Shown piece by piece: positions 17,794 to 26,055 of a stretch of 32,000 bases of DNA. Where the stretch lies: positions 240,001 to 272,000 of the forward strand of contig NZ_CP019964.1 of the NCBI RefSeq assembly GCF_002214165.1, in the 5' to 3' direction. Both the position numbers and the translations under genes were made by a program. The notes beneath the pieces were generated by a model that saw only the letters and a list, made by a program, of their open reading frames with translations, did not search any database and had not been told where the DNA came from. Origin of the DNA: Candidatus Saccharimonadota bacterium. GTDB lineage: Archaea; Micrarchaeota; Micrarchaeia; Micrarchaeales; Micrarchaeaceae. The first letter of the stretch is position 1. Each line of letters opens with the position of its first letter.

Positions 17794-18660
17794 ATGGTCA
17801 CTAATAGCAAAGAAGGTAGCATCAGGCTGGAGAATAATTCGGCCGAAAAGCTTTTTCTAAGCAAAAAATCGATGAATGTTGACAAATTCATTAATTGGGC
17901 GGTTCTCGAAAATGAAGCTATCCATAAATCCATAAGAAAAATAGAATATGAAACGGATATAGAGGGCAATTTGGATGCCAAAAAGGATGTTTCTGCAAAA
18001 CTGCGGCTAACTTCTTTTATGGATAAGCTTAATAAGAAAGAGAATTCCATTTCGCTTTACAATATGATAAGGTCTGATAGCAATAGCACTAAGACAGAAA
18101 ATTTTGATTTTGACATAAGCAGGATAAACGACATAGAAGATAAAATATTGTCCGACAAAAAACTTTCAGAGGAAGAGAAAAAAATGCTCGATGACTACGC
18201 GGGTTACAGTGGAATTTTTAGTTATGGCATTAAGAAAATAGGCAAAAGCTCATACCTTGTAATTGAAAACTCTATAAATTCATTAGAATTTATAAAATTG
18301 GATCAAGAAGAAAATGTAGAGTTCGTTGAAAATTCTGAATTTTTTGGCGGTGGGATTTCTCCTATCAACGAGATTCAATTGTCTTTCAGCGTAAATGATG
18401 GCAGCTTATCCGGCAAATACAATTACCTGGTAGACATTGATATATTCCATAATGATATAAGCGATGTAGATATGAGATTTGACAAAAGTATTTATGAGGA
18501 TGGAATAAAGAAGGGATTTGATTATGATTACCGTTACTATAAGAGAGGAAAAACAAGCCAAATTGAACTGTTAGGGTCTAAAAGACTAATAGATCCAACC
18601 AATGATGAAATATATAATGCCCTGGTCTATGCAATACAGCAAGAGAACCTTGTCAAATAA
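17794..18660 (+). CDS. hypothetical protein (288 aa, acidic/Lys-rich)
   Basis: ORF only. No motif recognised. Confidence 0.4.
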   Translation: MVTNSKEGSIRLENNSAEKLFLSKKSMNVDKFINWAVLENEAIHKSIRKIEYETDIEGNLDAKKDVSAKLRLTSFMDKLNKKENSISLYNMIRSDSNSTKTENFDFDISRINDIEDKILSDKKLSEEEKKMLDDYAGYSGIFSYGIKKIGKSSYLVIENSINSLEFIKLDQEENVEFVENSEFFGGGISPINEIQLSFSVNDGSLSGKYNYLVDIDIFHNDISDVDMRFDKSIYEDGIKKGFDYDYRYYKRGKTSQIELLGSKRLIDPTNDEIYNALVYAIQQENLVK

Positions 18661-18669
18661 CACCTCAAT

Positions 18670-19206
18670 TTATAGGTCCTTTTCAATTTTTTCTATTTTG
18701 CGCTCAAACTCAAAGATGCTTTTCTCAAGGAAAAATCTAAGCGCCAATACAATTGCTATGCCAATAATTATTATTGCTATCCCTGCCAACCCAATATGCG
18801 ATAATACAAATGCAAAGGCTATTGCTGCAGCTGGTGGATGCTCGCTATAAGTCAATATCATAAGCACTATCAATACAAATATCACTATTCCTGCAACTAC
18901 AAACAATGGAAGTATGATTGTTGCAAATCCCCCGATATAGCCAACAATTGCCGCAAGCAGATAGCTCTTTACAAACTTGCCGGCCTTTGCTGCCCTTGAA
19001 TTTGGCGTTATGAACATTATGAATATGCTGCTTGCAAACGAAGTAAATATTATTGCCGAAGTTCCAATTCCATAAAGAAGATCTATCCTGAAATATTCGA
19101 GCAGGAGCACCAATATAGCGAGGGTTGCGCCAGCAAGCACTGCGGGGGTCAGTCTTCTTTTGAGCCTTTTGCTTGAATTCTCCTTCCTCCTTGCCCGCTG
19201 CACCAT
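18670..19206 (-). CDS. HPP-family integral membrane protein
   Basis: SEHPPAAAIAFAF (HPP motif) sits within a 4-5 TM protein. I used the ATG at 19206. The track starts at TTG 19215. Confidence 0.7.
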   Translation of the reverse strand: MVQRARRKENSSKRLKRRLTPAVLAGATLAILVLLLEYFRIDLLYGIGTSAIIFTSFASSIFIMFITPNSRAAKAGKFVKSYLLAAIVGYIGGFATIILPLFVVAGIVIFVLIVLMILTYSEHPPAAAIAFAFVLSHIGLAGIAIIIIGIAIVLALRFFLEKSIFEFERKIEKIEKDL

Positions 19207-19342
19207 CCTAATCAATAGATTAGAGACTTACATTTATTTATTTGATTGGTATCAACAAGTGCATATCTGACAAAAACCAATATCATATTTTCCTAAGGGC
19301 AAATGCTGATTTATAACCTCTATACATTTGCATTTAAAAAGT

Positions 19343-19359
19343 AAATGTATTATACATTT
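19343..19359. promoter_or_regulatory. 17-bp perfect palindrome abutting a TATA-like box
   Basis: AAATGTAT-T-ATACATTT lies at 19343-19359. A third copy of ATACATTT lies at 19322-19329. CTTTATATATG (19364-19374) follows immediately. Confidence 0.35.
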
Positions 19360-19401
19360 CGTGCTTTATATATGTAAGAATTTGATGCATTAGGTGATAC
19401 T

Positions 19402-20157
19402 ATAGTTATCAGTAAAGCTCTCATAACAGCTGCGGGAATGGGCACGAGAATGGCTCCATTTACGAAGGTTTGTGCCAAAGCCCTTGTGCCTATATTTTCA
19501 AAGGCAGATGGCAAAATTGAAGTCGCCCCTATAATAGACGAATTGGCAAGAAATTTTAGGCAAATCGGGATAAAGGACATTGGAGCTGTAGTATACAAGG
19601 ACGATAGCAATCTTATAAAGCACCTCGAAGGAAATGGCATTTCGCTGTTCTACCAAAATGAAAGGCATGGCTTTGGCCATGCAGTGCTGATGGCAAAAGG
19701 TTTCTCCGAAAAAGATCCTTTTATATTGAATGCTGAAGATGGGATACTGAGCAGTGGATATGATTCAGCGATTAAGGTATTTGAAAAAGTAAATCCGGAG
19801 GCTTTGCTGATCTTAAGGAAAGTACCTAATCCCCAAAGATATGGGATAGTGGAGGTTAACGACGAATCAGAAATAGAAGGTCACAAAGTTTATAAAATAA
19901 AAGGCGCAGAGGAGAAGCCAAGCAGCCCTAAGTCTGACATGGCAATTGTCGCATCTTACATATTTACCCCCAAAATATTTGAGGCGCTTGAGAAGGCGAG
20001 CAGCGGTGAGTCCCTTGAGCTTACTGATGGTATATCCTGGCTTATCAAAAACAATTACAAGGTTTATGGGATGGTTCTCAATAATGATGAGATATGGCTT
20101 AATATAGGAGACCCGCAAAGCTACTATGAAACATTGAAATACACTTTCGAAAAGTAA
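19402..20157 (+). CDS. sugar-1-phosphate nucleotidyltransferase (GalU/RmlA-like); apparent ATA start
   Basis: The G-x-G-T-R-x-x-P-x-T-K signature (ITAAGMGTRMAPFTK) begins upstream of the first ATG (19438). GGTGA at 19393-19397 is followed after 4 nt by in-frame ATA at 19402. There is no ATG, GTG or TTG in frame back to the stop at 19375-19377. Confidence 0.75.
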   Translation: MVISKALITAAGMGTRMAPFTKVCAKALVPIFSKADGKIEVAPIIDELARNFRQIGIKDIGAVVYKDDSNLIKHLEGNGISLFYQNERHGFGHAVLMAKGFSEKDPFILNAEDGILSSGYDSAIKVFEKVNPEALLILRKVPNPQRYGIVEVNDESEIEGHKVYKIKGAEEKPSSPKSDMAIVASYIFTPKIFEALEKASSGESLELTDGISWLIKNNYKVYGMVLNNDEIWLNIGDPQSYYETLKYTFEK

Positions 20158-20164
20158 TAATTGT

Positions 20165-21325
20165 TCAGTCTCTCCATTTTACCTTTGGCATTAATACATC
20201 CCTGTATTTTTCAAGTCTTTTCCTATAATTTTTCAGATCTGAAAGAATTGCATAAACTTCATCCGGCAAAGTTCTGGATGGCTTCAATATGCCGAGCTTA
20301 GGCAAGACATTTCTTTCAGGATTGTAATAGTGTTGCTCAGCCTCTACCCTAGGGTTTTCTATAGGCTTTATTTCGGCATTTATGCCTAGCTTTTCCGCAA
20401 TCGCCTTTACCTCATTAGCAAGCTCCATTACCGTATAAATTTCAGTGAACTGGTTTACAACTCTATATTCTCCTTTATTGGGGGGATTCTCTATAAGCCT
20501 TTTTAGCGATTCGACACTATCTTCCAAAGAAAGGAATGCTCTTGTCTGTCCGCCCTTCCCATAAGGCGTTAAAGGCATTCCGAGGATCGCTTCAACACAG
20601 TATCTGTTTATCACCGTTCCCCATACACCATCAAAATCCAACCTTGTAAACAGTTTCTTGTTAACTATCTCTTTTGTCCTTGTGCCATAAACAGGCCCTT
20701 GCATTATATCTGTAGCGGTTATGCCCCAGATTTTGTTGGCAAAAAGTATATCATTAGTATCGTGCACCTTTGACCAATGGTACCACGATCCTCCCCACTT
20801 AGGCACGGTTATAAGGTCTTCCTTGCCGTTTATGCTTGTATTGACAAATGCAGATTCAGGTATATCAAATTTAGGAGTTCCATATTCGCCCATTGTCCCC
20901 ATTTTTACTAAGTGCGTATCTGGGCTAAACTGTTTTATCGCATAGAGCACATTTATAGTTCCCTCTATATTGTTGTGCATCGTATATATTGCATGTTCTG
21001 CATCCACCATCGAATAAGGTGCAGATCTTTGCTCTGCAAAATCTACTATCGCATCCGGCTTGTACCTCTTTATAAGCTCTGAGATTTTTGCAAAGTTCTT
21101 TATATCTAAATTATAGAATTGAATCTCTTTTCCAAAGACTTTCTTTGCTTCTTTTATCCTGGTTTCCATCGAAGGCAAAGGTAGCGCAGAATCGGACCCT
21201 ACCTCACGCACCGCTTTGCGCGTGTAGAAGTTATCGACCCCTATAACATCATGCCCATTTGCAATCAGCCTTAACCCTAAAGCCCAACCTATGTAGCCGT
21301 CAATTCCCAATATCATTATTTTCAT
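20165..21325 (-). CDS. agl3: UDP-sulfoquinovose synthase (SQD1/SqdB/Agl3 family)
   Basis: GIDGYIGWA, FAEQRSAPYSM, HLVKMGTMGEYGTP, WYHWSKVHD, YGKGGQTRAF, VNQFTE and NPRVEAEQHYYNP match the SQD1 sequence pattern along the whole length. SD GGTG lies 5 nt upstream. Confidence 0.9.
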   Translation of the reverse strand: MKIMILGIDGYIGWALGLRLIANGHDVIGVDNFYTRKAVREVGSDSALPLPSMETRIKEAKKVFGKEIQFYNLDIKNFAKISELIKRYKPDAIVDFAEQRSAPYSMVDAEHAIYTMHNNIEGTINVLYAIKQFSPDTHLVKMGTMGEYGTPKFDIPESAFVNTSINGKEDLITVPKWGGSWYHWSKVHDTNDILFANKIWGITATDIMQGPVYGTRTKEIVNKKLFTRLDFDGVWGTVINRYCVEAILGMPLTPYGKGGQTRAFLSLEDSVESLKRLIENPPNKGEYRVVNQFTEIYTVMELANEVKAIAEKLGINAEIKPIENPRVEAEQHYYNPERNVLPKLGILKPSRTLPDEVYAILSDLKNYRKRLEKYRDVLMPKVKWRD

Positions 21326-21432
21326 TTAAGCACCAAAGCAAAATTAACTCACCTAGGCAAATCCCACTACAAAGTAAATTTGGCTGCCTTTTATAAATAG
21401 GATAACTAAAAATATAAAAGAATAAGCAATAT

Positions 21433-22041
21433 TCATTGCTGCAGGCAACTATCTATTTTTTTTATGTATCTTTTTATTATGTTTTCGGAACCTTCCCTGA
21501 GCACTATGGATATTGCATCCCTGTAAGCAATTCCTGCTTTAGGCGATATCCAATTGTCATATCTGAAGAAACCTCCAAGCCCATCATGAAACAGGTCTTT
21601 ATTTAGAAGATACAAGATAGATCCTTCTATTATATGATACTTTGTCTCTGCACTATATTTATCAAAGTCTGCGAATAACTTTTTATAAAGCACCTGCTTT
21701 TGATTTTGGAATACAATATTATGTGCAAGCTCATGTACCAGTATTGCGGTAGCAACCTTTGCATCTTTGTAAATTTTTATTGTAAGTGGAACCGATAAAG
21801 AGTAAGGTGCATATTTGGATATATAAACATCTATATAAGGCTTTTGCCATTTTAATCCAGAAAACTTTTGAAAATTATCGAAAACTTTTTTATCAAAATA
21901 GGAAAGCTCCTTTTCTATGCTATCTATATAACCGGCTAATCTGCTATCTTTTATGGAGATATATTCCTTGCTTTCCAATTGGGCGAAAGTGCTGTCATAT
22001 ATGTAAGAATACGTAAAATTCAATTTTGGATACAAGGCCAT
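21433..22041 (-). CDS. hypothetical HExxH (zinc-metallopeptidase-like) protein
   Basis: AILVHELAHNIV is the only recognisable motif. Confidence 0.4.
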   Translation of the reverse strand: MALYPKLNFTYSYIYDSTFAQLESKEYISIKDSRLAGYIDSIEKELSYFDKKVFDNFQKFSGLKWQKPYIDVYISKYAPYSLSVPLTIKIYKDAKVATAILVHELAHNIVFQNQKQVLYKKLFADFDKYSAETKYHIIEGSILYLLNKDLFHDGLGGFFRYDNWISPKAGIAYRDAISIVLREGSENIIKRYIKKIDSCLQQ

Positions 22042-22140
22042 TTTACCACTGCAGCATATATTGCAATTGCGATAAAGAAATATTTAAGAGCTTAATATAA
22101 AAAGGAAATCATTGGGTGTCTCTGCCAATCCTGTTTAAGC

Positions 22141-23382
22141 TTACTTGTTCAATAAGATAACAGTGCCATTTGATGAGATATCCTTTATTGTGATCTTCCC
22201 ATTATGCAATACAATTGTTAAATGGTCTCTTGAAATGGTATCTGGAAATTCAAACCTCCCTGCATTTATCTGAGGGTCTCTGCCTATATGTATTTCCTTG
22301 TCCTCCCTTATTGTCTTGAATCCTCTTTCATTTGCAACATCAAGTTTGGCCGGATCTATCAATAAGTAAGGGACATTCCAATTCCTTGTTTTAACTATCT
22401 GCAGATGCTTTTCGCCAGCTAAATACAAATCTATAGTGCCATGTGAAGGATTTAAAGTGATTTCAGAATTATGGAGATTTATCTTCTGATTAACACTTTT
22501 AAATTTAGGCGCTTTTTCCATATTGAATCTTGAGGCATCCTTCCTTAATTCGTCAATTATTTCTGGCTTAATTGCCCATTCATCCTGGGGCTTGCTTGTA
22601 TTTTCCCCTTTAATCTGCCTTGAGTAATAAAGGTTATTATGATGTCCTGCACCCCCAAGCCTTACATGGACCAATGGGCTTATGCCGTATGTAAATTTAG
22701 CCCCATTTGATGGGCCGTATGCATTTAAGTCTCTTTCAGTTCCATAATCAAATGCCTTTTCACCAAACTGGGAATTGAGGGACCTGACAATTTCCTCCAT
22801 ATCCTCCTGCGAATTAGCATAAATCACAATCTTCTCTAAGGTAGGTTTTCTGAGTTCACTTTCACCAAAGCCCTCTCCTAAAACACCATTAACCTTTGCA
22901 ATTTTCCATATTGCACCAGATAAACTATGGTTTCTAATAATCTTATCCAATGCCACTGCAGTATATTCAATCGCTTCTCCAAAATGCTTTAAATCAGGCT
23001 GGACGAATATCTTATATGTTTTGTTTGTATAGCCATCTTCATCCTTTAGCTTGTAACTGCCTTTTTCAAATTGTATCCAATGGATATCCGGAAAGGTCAT
23101 TCCTTCCCATCCATTAGCTTTTATGAAATCCAAAGCCTTTTTCTGGCTCGTGGCGAGCTCCTGCATCGTTATGCTGGCTTGTGCGCCATGAGCCTCCCCT
23201 CCAGCCTTTAAATAACTATTTGCAGAGTTATTGCTAGAAACTTTACTCTCGTTTTTTGGCTTCATAAACGCCGTTCCATTATTAGCTTGCAACGGTTTCA
23301 AATTTCTGTTATTGCCTAAAATATTGTTACTATTAATTGGATTAAGATTGCCTTTTAAATCCGACAAATCCTGCAGCACCAT
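22141..23382 (-). CDS. FHA-domain protein with Asn/Ser-rich N-terminus and an uncharacterised central domain
   Basis: C-terminal FHA signature: IHIGRDPQ...ISRDHLTIVLHNGKITIKDISSNGTVILLNK (G-R, S-x-x-H, N-G-T). I cannot confidently assign residues ~100-330. Confidence 0.7.
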   Translation of the reverse strand: MVLQDLSDLKGNLNPINSNNILGNNRNLKPLQANNGTAFMKPKNESKVSSNNSANSYLKAGGEAHGAQASITMQELATSQKKALDFIKANGWEGMTFPDIHWIQFEKGSYKLKDEDGYTNKTYKIFVQPDLKHFGEAIEYTAVALDKIIRNHSLSGAIWKIAKVNGVLGEGFGESELRKPTLEKIVIYANSQEDMEEIVRSLNSQFGEKAFDYGTERDLNAYGPSNGAKFTYGISPLVHVRLGGAGHHNNLYYSRQIKGENTSKPQDEWAIKPEIIDELRKDASRFNMEKAPKFKSVNQKINLHNSEITLNPSHGTIDLYLAGEKHLQIVKTRNWNVPYLLIDPAKLDVANERGFKTIREDKEIHIGRDPQINAGRFEFPDTISRDHLTIVLHNGKITIKDISSNGTVILLNK

Positions 23383-23502
23383 ATTCTCATCTTAATTAAA
23401 TTTTAGCTTTTCAGATATTTAAGCTTTGGGAAAATTGCATATTGCAATATATTATTACCTAAGGATCCAATTCAGGGGTTCCGCATCTTTCAATGAATGA
23501 TC

Positions 23503-24102
23503 TTAAAAATAGGATTTTTCCTTCATTATCCTATTAGTTATGCTTTTTTCAACTATATCTGATTTGCTTATCCCGATCTTTGCCAAAACCTTATCTATTT
23601 TTTCCTTGGCTGCATCACTGTCCTCTTTGTTAGTTATTATTTCAGCTTCGACACCCAAGCCAAAATCCTCAATATCCTCAAGCAGTATATTAGTTCCATC
23701 AAGCACATACTTGGATCTGTCCTTTTCTATAGTGCAGAAGGGCTTGAAGCCTATCGCCTTGAAAATGGCTGACGCTTCATCTATTGATTCAATTCCAGTT
23801 TCATGCTCCTCCCATGAATTGTGGTCTCCCTCTTTTGTTATTATCTTTACATTCATAGTGGCTTCAGCAGGCCCCATATTCCCATTTCTCTGCCCCCTTA
23901 GCCTTAAGCTGAATGATCCAATATCATTCATCTCTACTTCAGAGAATGACTTTGCATCTTTCTTGCAGAAGTATACATCTTTCACATGGGCTATCCCATT
24001 ATAGGAAGCGCCCAGTTCCTCAAGCTTTCCTTTAACCTTATTATATTCCGAGCGGTCGAGCAATGCCCTCTTTTCAACCTCCTGCGTATATTCTTCTACC
24101 AT
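23503..24102 (-). CDS. CYTH-domain protein (triphosphate tunnel metalloenzyme / CyaB-like)
   Basis: N-terminal E-x-E-x-K signature (QEVEKRALL) and a size of ~200 aa. I chose the ATG at 24102 because GGTG (24109-24112) lies 6 nt upstream. The track's GTG at 24111 is inside the SD. Confidence 0.8.
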   Translation of the reverse strand: MVEEYTQEVEKRALLDRSEYNKVKGKLEELGASYNGIAHVKDVYFCKKDAKSFSEVEMNDIGSFSLRLRGQRNGNMGPAEATMNVKIITKEGDHNSWEEHETGIESIDEASAIFKAIGFKPFCTIEKDRSKYVLDGTNILLEDIEDFGLGVEAEIITNKEDSDAAKEKIDKVLAKIGISKSDIVEKSITNRIMKEKSYF

Positions 24103-24183
24103 GGATAGCACCTCTTTAGCTTGTAAAACCGCATTTTACACAAGCTTTATAAATTTATAAATAAAATATTATATAGTGATAGC

Positions 24184-24633
24184 ATGGGAATTTTAGGAGA
24201 TTTAAAGAGCAAGATTGAAGGCCCAGCAATAACTGCAACCCCTGATGAGGTTTTTGATTTCCTTACAAATGATGGTTACCAGAGTATGCAGATGAATAAT
24301 GCGAGTTCCGGAGCTGCCGGGCGTTTAGTTGGTATGCTTGCAGATTCCATAAGAGACATAAAACTCGAAAGCTCAGATGGCAATAGCAAGACAATCACAT
24401 ATTCTTATAAAGCTGGCCCTGAAGTATTCTCGAACAAGCTTGTAATAAAGATCCTTTCAGCTAATGATCATCAGGCCAGCTGGATGAAATTTGAGGCAGC
24501 CGGCGGTTATAATCCAAATACATATCAGTCACCTAGCCAGAAGTTTGAATCACAAATACGCAACATGGTAGGGCAAAGATTCGGCACAACCCAGATGCTT
24601 CATACCGACAAAGATAATAACAGATTAATATGA
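24184..24633 (+). CDS. hypothetical protein (149 aa)
   Basis: ORF followed by two T6 runs. No motif recognised. Confidence 0.4.
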   Translation: MGILGDLKSKIEGPAITATPDEVFDFLTNDGYQSMQMNNASSGAAGRLVGMLADSIRDIKLESSDGNSKTITYSYKAGPEVFSNKLVIKILSANDHQASWMKFEAAGGYNPNTYQSPSQKFESQIRNMVGQRFGTTQMLHTDKDNNRLI

Positions 24634-24655
24634 TAATGTTGTTGTAACTTTGCAA

Positions 24656-24668
24656 TTTTTTATTTTTT
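24656..24668 (+). terminator. oligo-T archaeal-type terminator candidate
   Basis: TTTTTTATTTTTT lies 23 nt after the stop of the 24184-24633 ORF. Confidence 0.4.
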
Positions 24669-24773
24669 ATGTAGAGCCAAAGTGCAAGTTGAACAATTAA
24701 GTAGAGACATGAAGTTTGGCAGAGGTTTGCCAAAGAAATAATAATCAGGCGTTCAAATTAATATGGTGCTTTT

Positions 24774-25529
24774 GTGAAGCAATCGGAATTGTCTAAAATC
24801 TTAGATGAAAGATGGGAGGAACCATGGAAGCTTAGGGAAGAAAGAGAGAAGGCATTGTCAAAGAGCCATGGCAAGATTGTAAAGCTGCTGGCGAGTGCGC
24901 CACTGCCAACAGAATACGGCTATTTTACGTATATGGTTTTTGGAGACTACACAACAGGCGAATTCCATAATGCGGTTGTATACGGTGATGCCAAAAAGAG
25001 CATAAAGAAGGAGGGCATGCTTGTAAGAGTGCACTCATCCTGTGGGACCAGCGAGCTATTCCATGCAATAAACTGTGAATGCAGGGAGGAACTTGACGAG
25101 GCAATGAAAAGGATAAGCAAGAACAAAAGCGGCATGATAATATATTTAAACCAAGAAGGAGCTGGAAATGGGATAGCCCCAAAGATAAAGGCTTATTCAA
25201 AATCCCTTGTGTGGAAAGGAAACAAGGTGGTAGGGGCAAAAGACAAAAAAGGCAAGCCGATAACCGCTTACGAAGCTTATACGATGCTTGGGTATAAGCC
25301 GGAAAACAGGTCGCTGCTTGTGGCTGCCGAGATTATAAAGTTCCTCGGAATCAAATCCGTAAGGTTGATGACAAACAACCCAAAGAAGATAGAAGAGCTC
25401 AGGAAATATGGGATTAAAGTAGAGCCTGAAGGAATACATGTAAAGCCAAAGAGCAAGATAGTAAAAGACAGCTTAAAGGCAAAGGCAAAAATACTTGGCC
25501 ACAATATAACCAGCAAAGACCTAAAGTAA
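24774..25529 (+). CDS. ribA: GTP cyclohydrolase II-like protein
   Basis: VRVHSSCGTSELFHAINCECREELDEAM...MIIYLNQEGAGNGI matches the RibA zinc (C...CxC) and YLxQEGRGIG motifs. The start is GTG, with GGTG 5 nt upstream. Confidence 0.75.
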   Translation: MKQSELSKILDERWEEPWKLREEREKALSKSHGKIVKLLASAPLPTEYGYFTYMVFGDYTTGEFHNAVVYGDAKKSIKKEGMLVRVHSSCGTSELFHAINCECREELDEAMKRISKNKSGMIIYLNQEGAGNGIAPKIKAYSKSLVWKGNKVVGAKDKKGKPITAYEAYTMLGYKPENRSLLVAAEIIKFLGIKSVRLMTNNPKKIEELRKYGIKVEPEGIHVKPKSKIVKDSLKAKAKILGHNITSKDLK

Positions 25530-25766
25530 ATTAAAAGATGCACATAAGCTTATGCGCATAATACCATCAAAGGCTGATTTCATAATCCGTAAAGTTCTTT
25601 CCAAGTTTAAATTCATCCTTTGAGTATTCGTGGTCATAAAGCTTTTGCAGCAGCTCTTTTTCATAACCATTTAGCTCTCCTTTGTAATATTCAAATTTAA
25701 GCTCTTTTTAGTGTCCTTCAAATATTCCATTTTTATAAAGTTGATATTATTTTTTGATCCAAGTAT

Positions 25767-26051
25767 CTATAATGCAATCAGTACCTCCAATATTATGCCC
25801 CCCAAAATCTGGCCCAAGAACACCCAACCTGCCATTGAAGATAAATATTCATCCTTTGATTCTGTCAGGACGTAAGATATTATAGGACCAATTACAGGAA
25901 TCAAATATAGTAATGAATATGCCTTGTTCTTATTTGTGGATGAAAGCACCCACAGAATTGCTATAACGGATCCAATATCAAAGGGTATTGCTGATACTAA
26001 GATCCATATAAAGCTGGCCTTCCTATTGCTTGGCAGGTCCCTTTGTTTCAT
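25767..26051 (-). CDS. small membrane protein (94 aa)
   Basis: Three hydrophobic segments. The start lies 4 nt after the stop of the upstream co-directional ORF. Confidence 0.4.
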   Translation of the reverse strand: MKQRDLPSNRKASFIWILVSAIPFDIGSVIAILWVLSSTNKNKAYSLLYLIPVIGPIISYVLTESKDEYLSSMAGWVFLGQILGGIILEVLIAL

Positions 26052-26055
26052 GAAA

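Noticed and set aside
18601-18660. ATGATGA (C-box-like) near the 3' end of the 288-aa ORF as a possible C/D box sRNA
   Set aside because: No matching D box (CTGA), C'/D' boxes or terminal stem lies at the right spacing, and the site is inside coding sequence.
23540-24004. 154-aa plus-strand ORF
   Set aside because: It is antisense to the CYTH gene. The translation is Ser/Leu/Ile-rich and low-complexity.
25567-25730. Possible frameshifted small gene on the minus strand. MEYLKDTKKSLNLNITKES (25730-25671) overlaps a start-less frame reading KFEYYKGELNGYEKELLQKLYDHEYSKDEFKLGKNFTDYEISL (25707-25567).
   Set aside because: The second frame looks protein-like but has no start codon, and fusion would need a -1 shift. 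The total would be only ~60 aa with no recognisable family. This is too weak to call a pseudogene without homologues.
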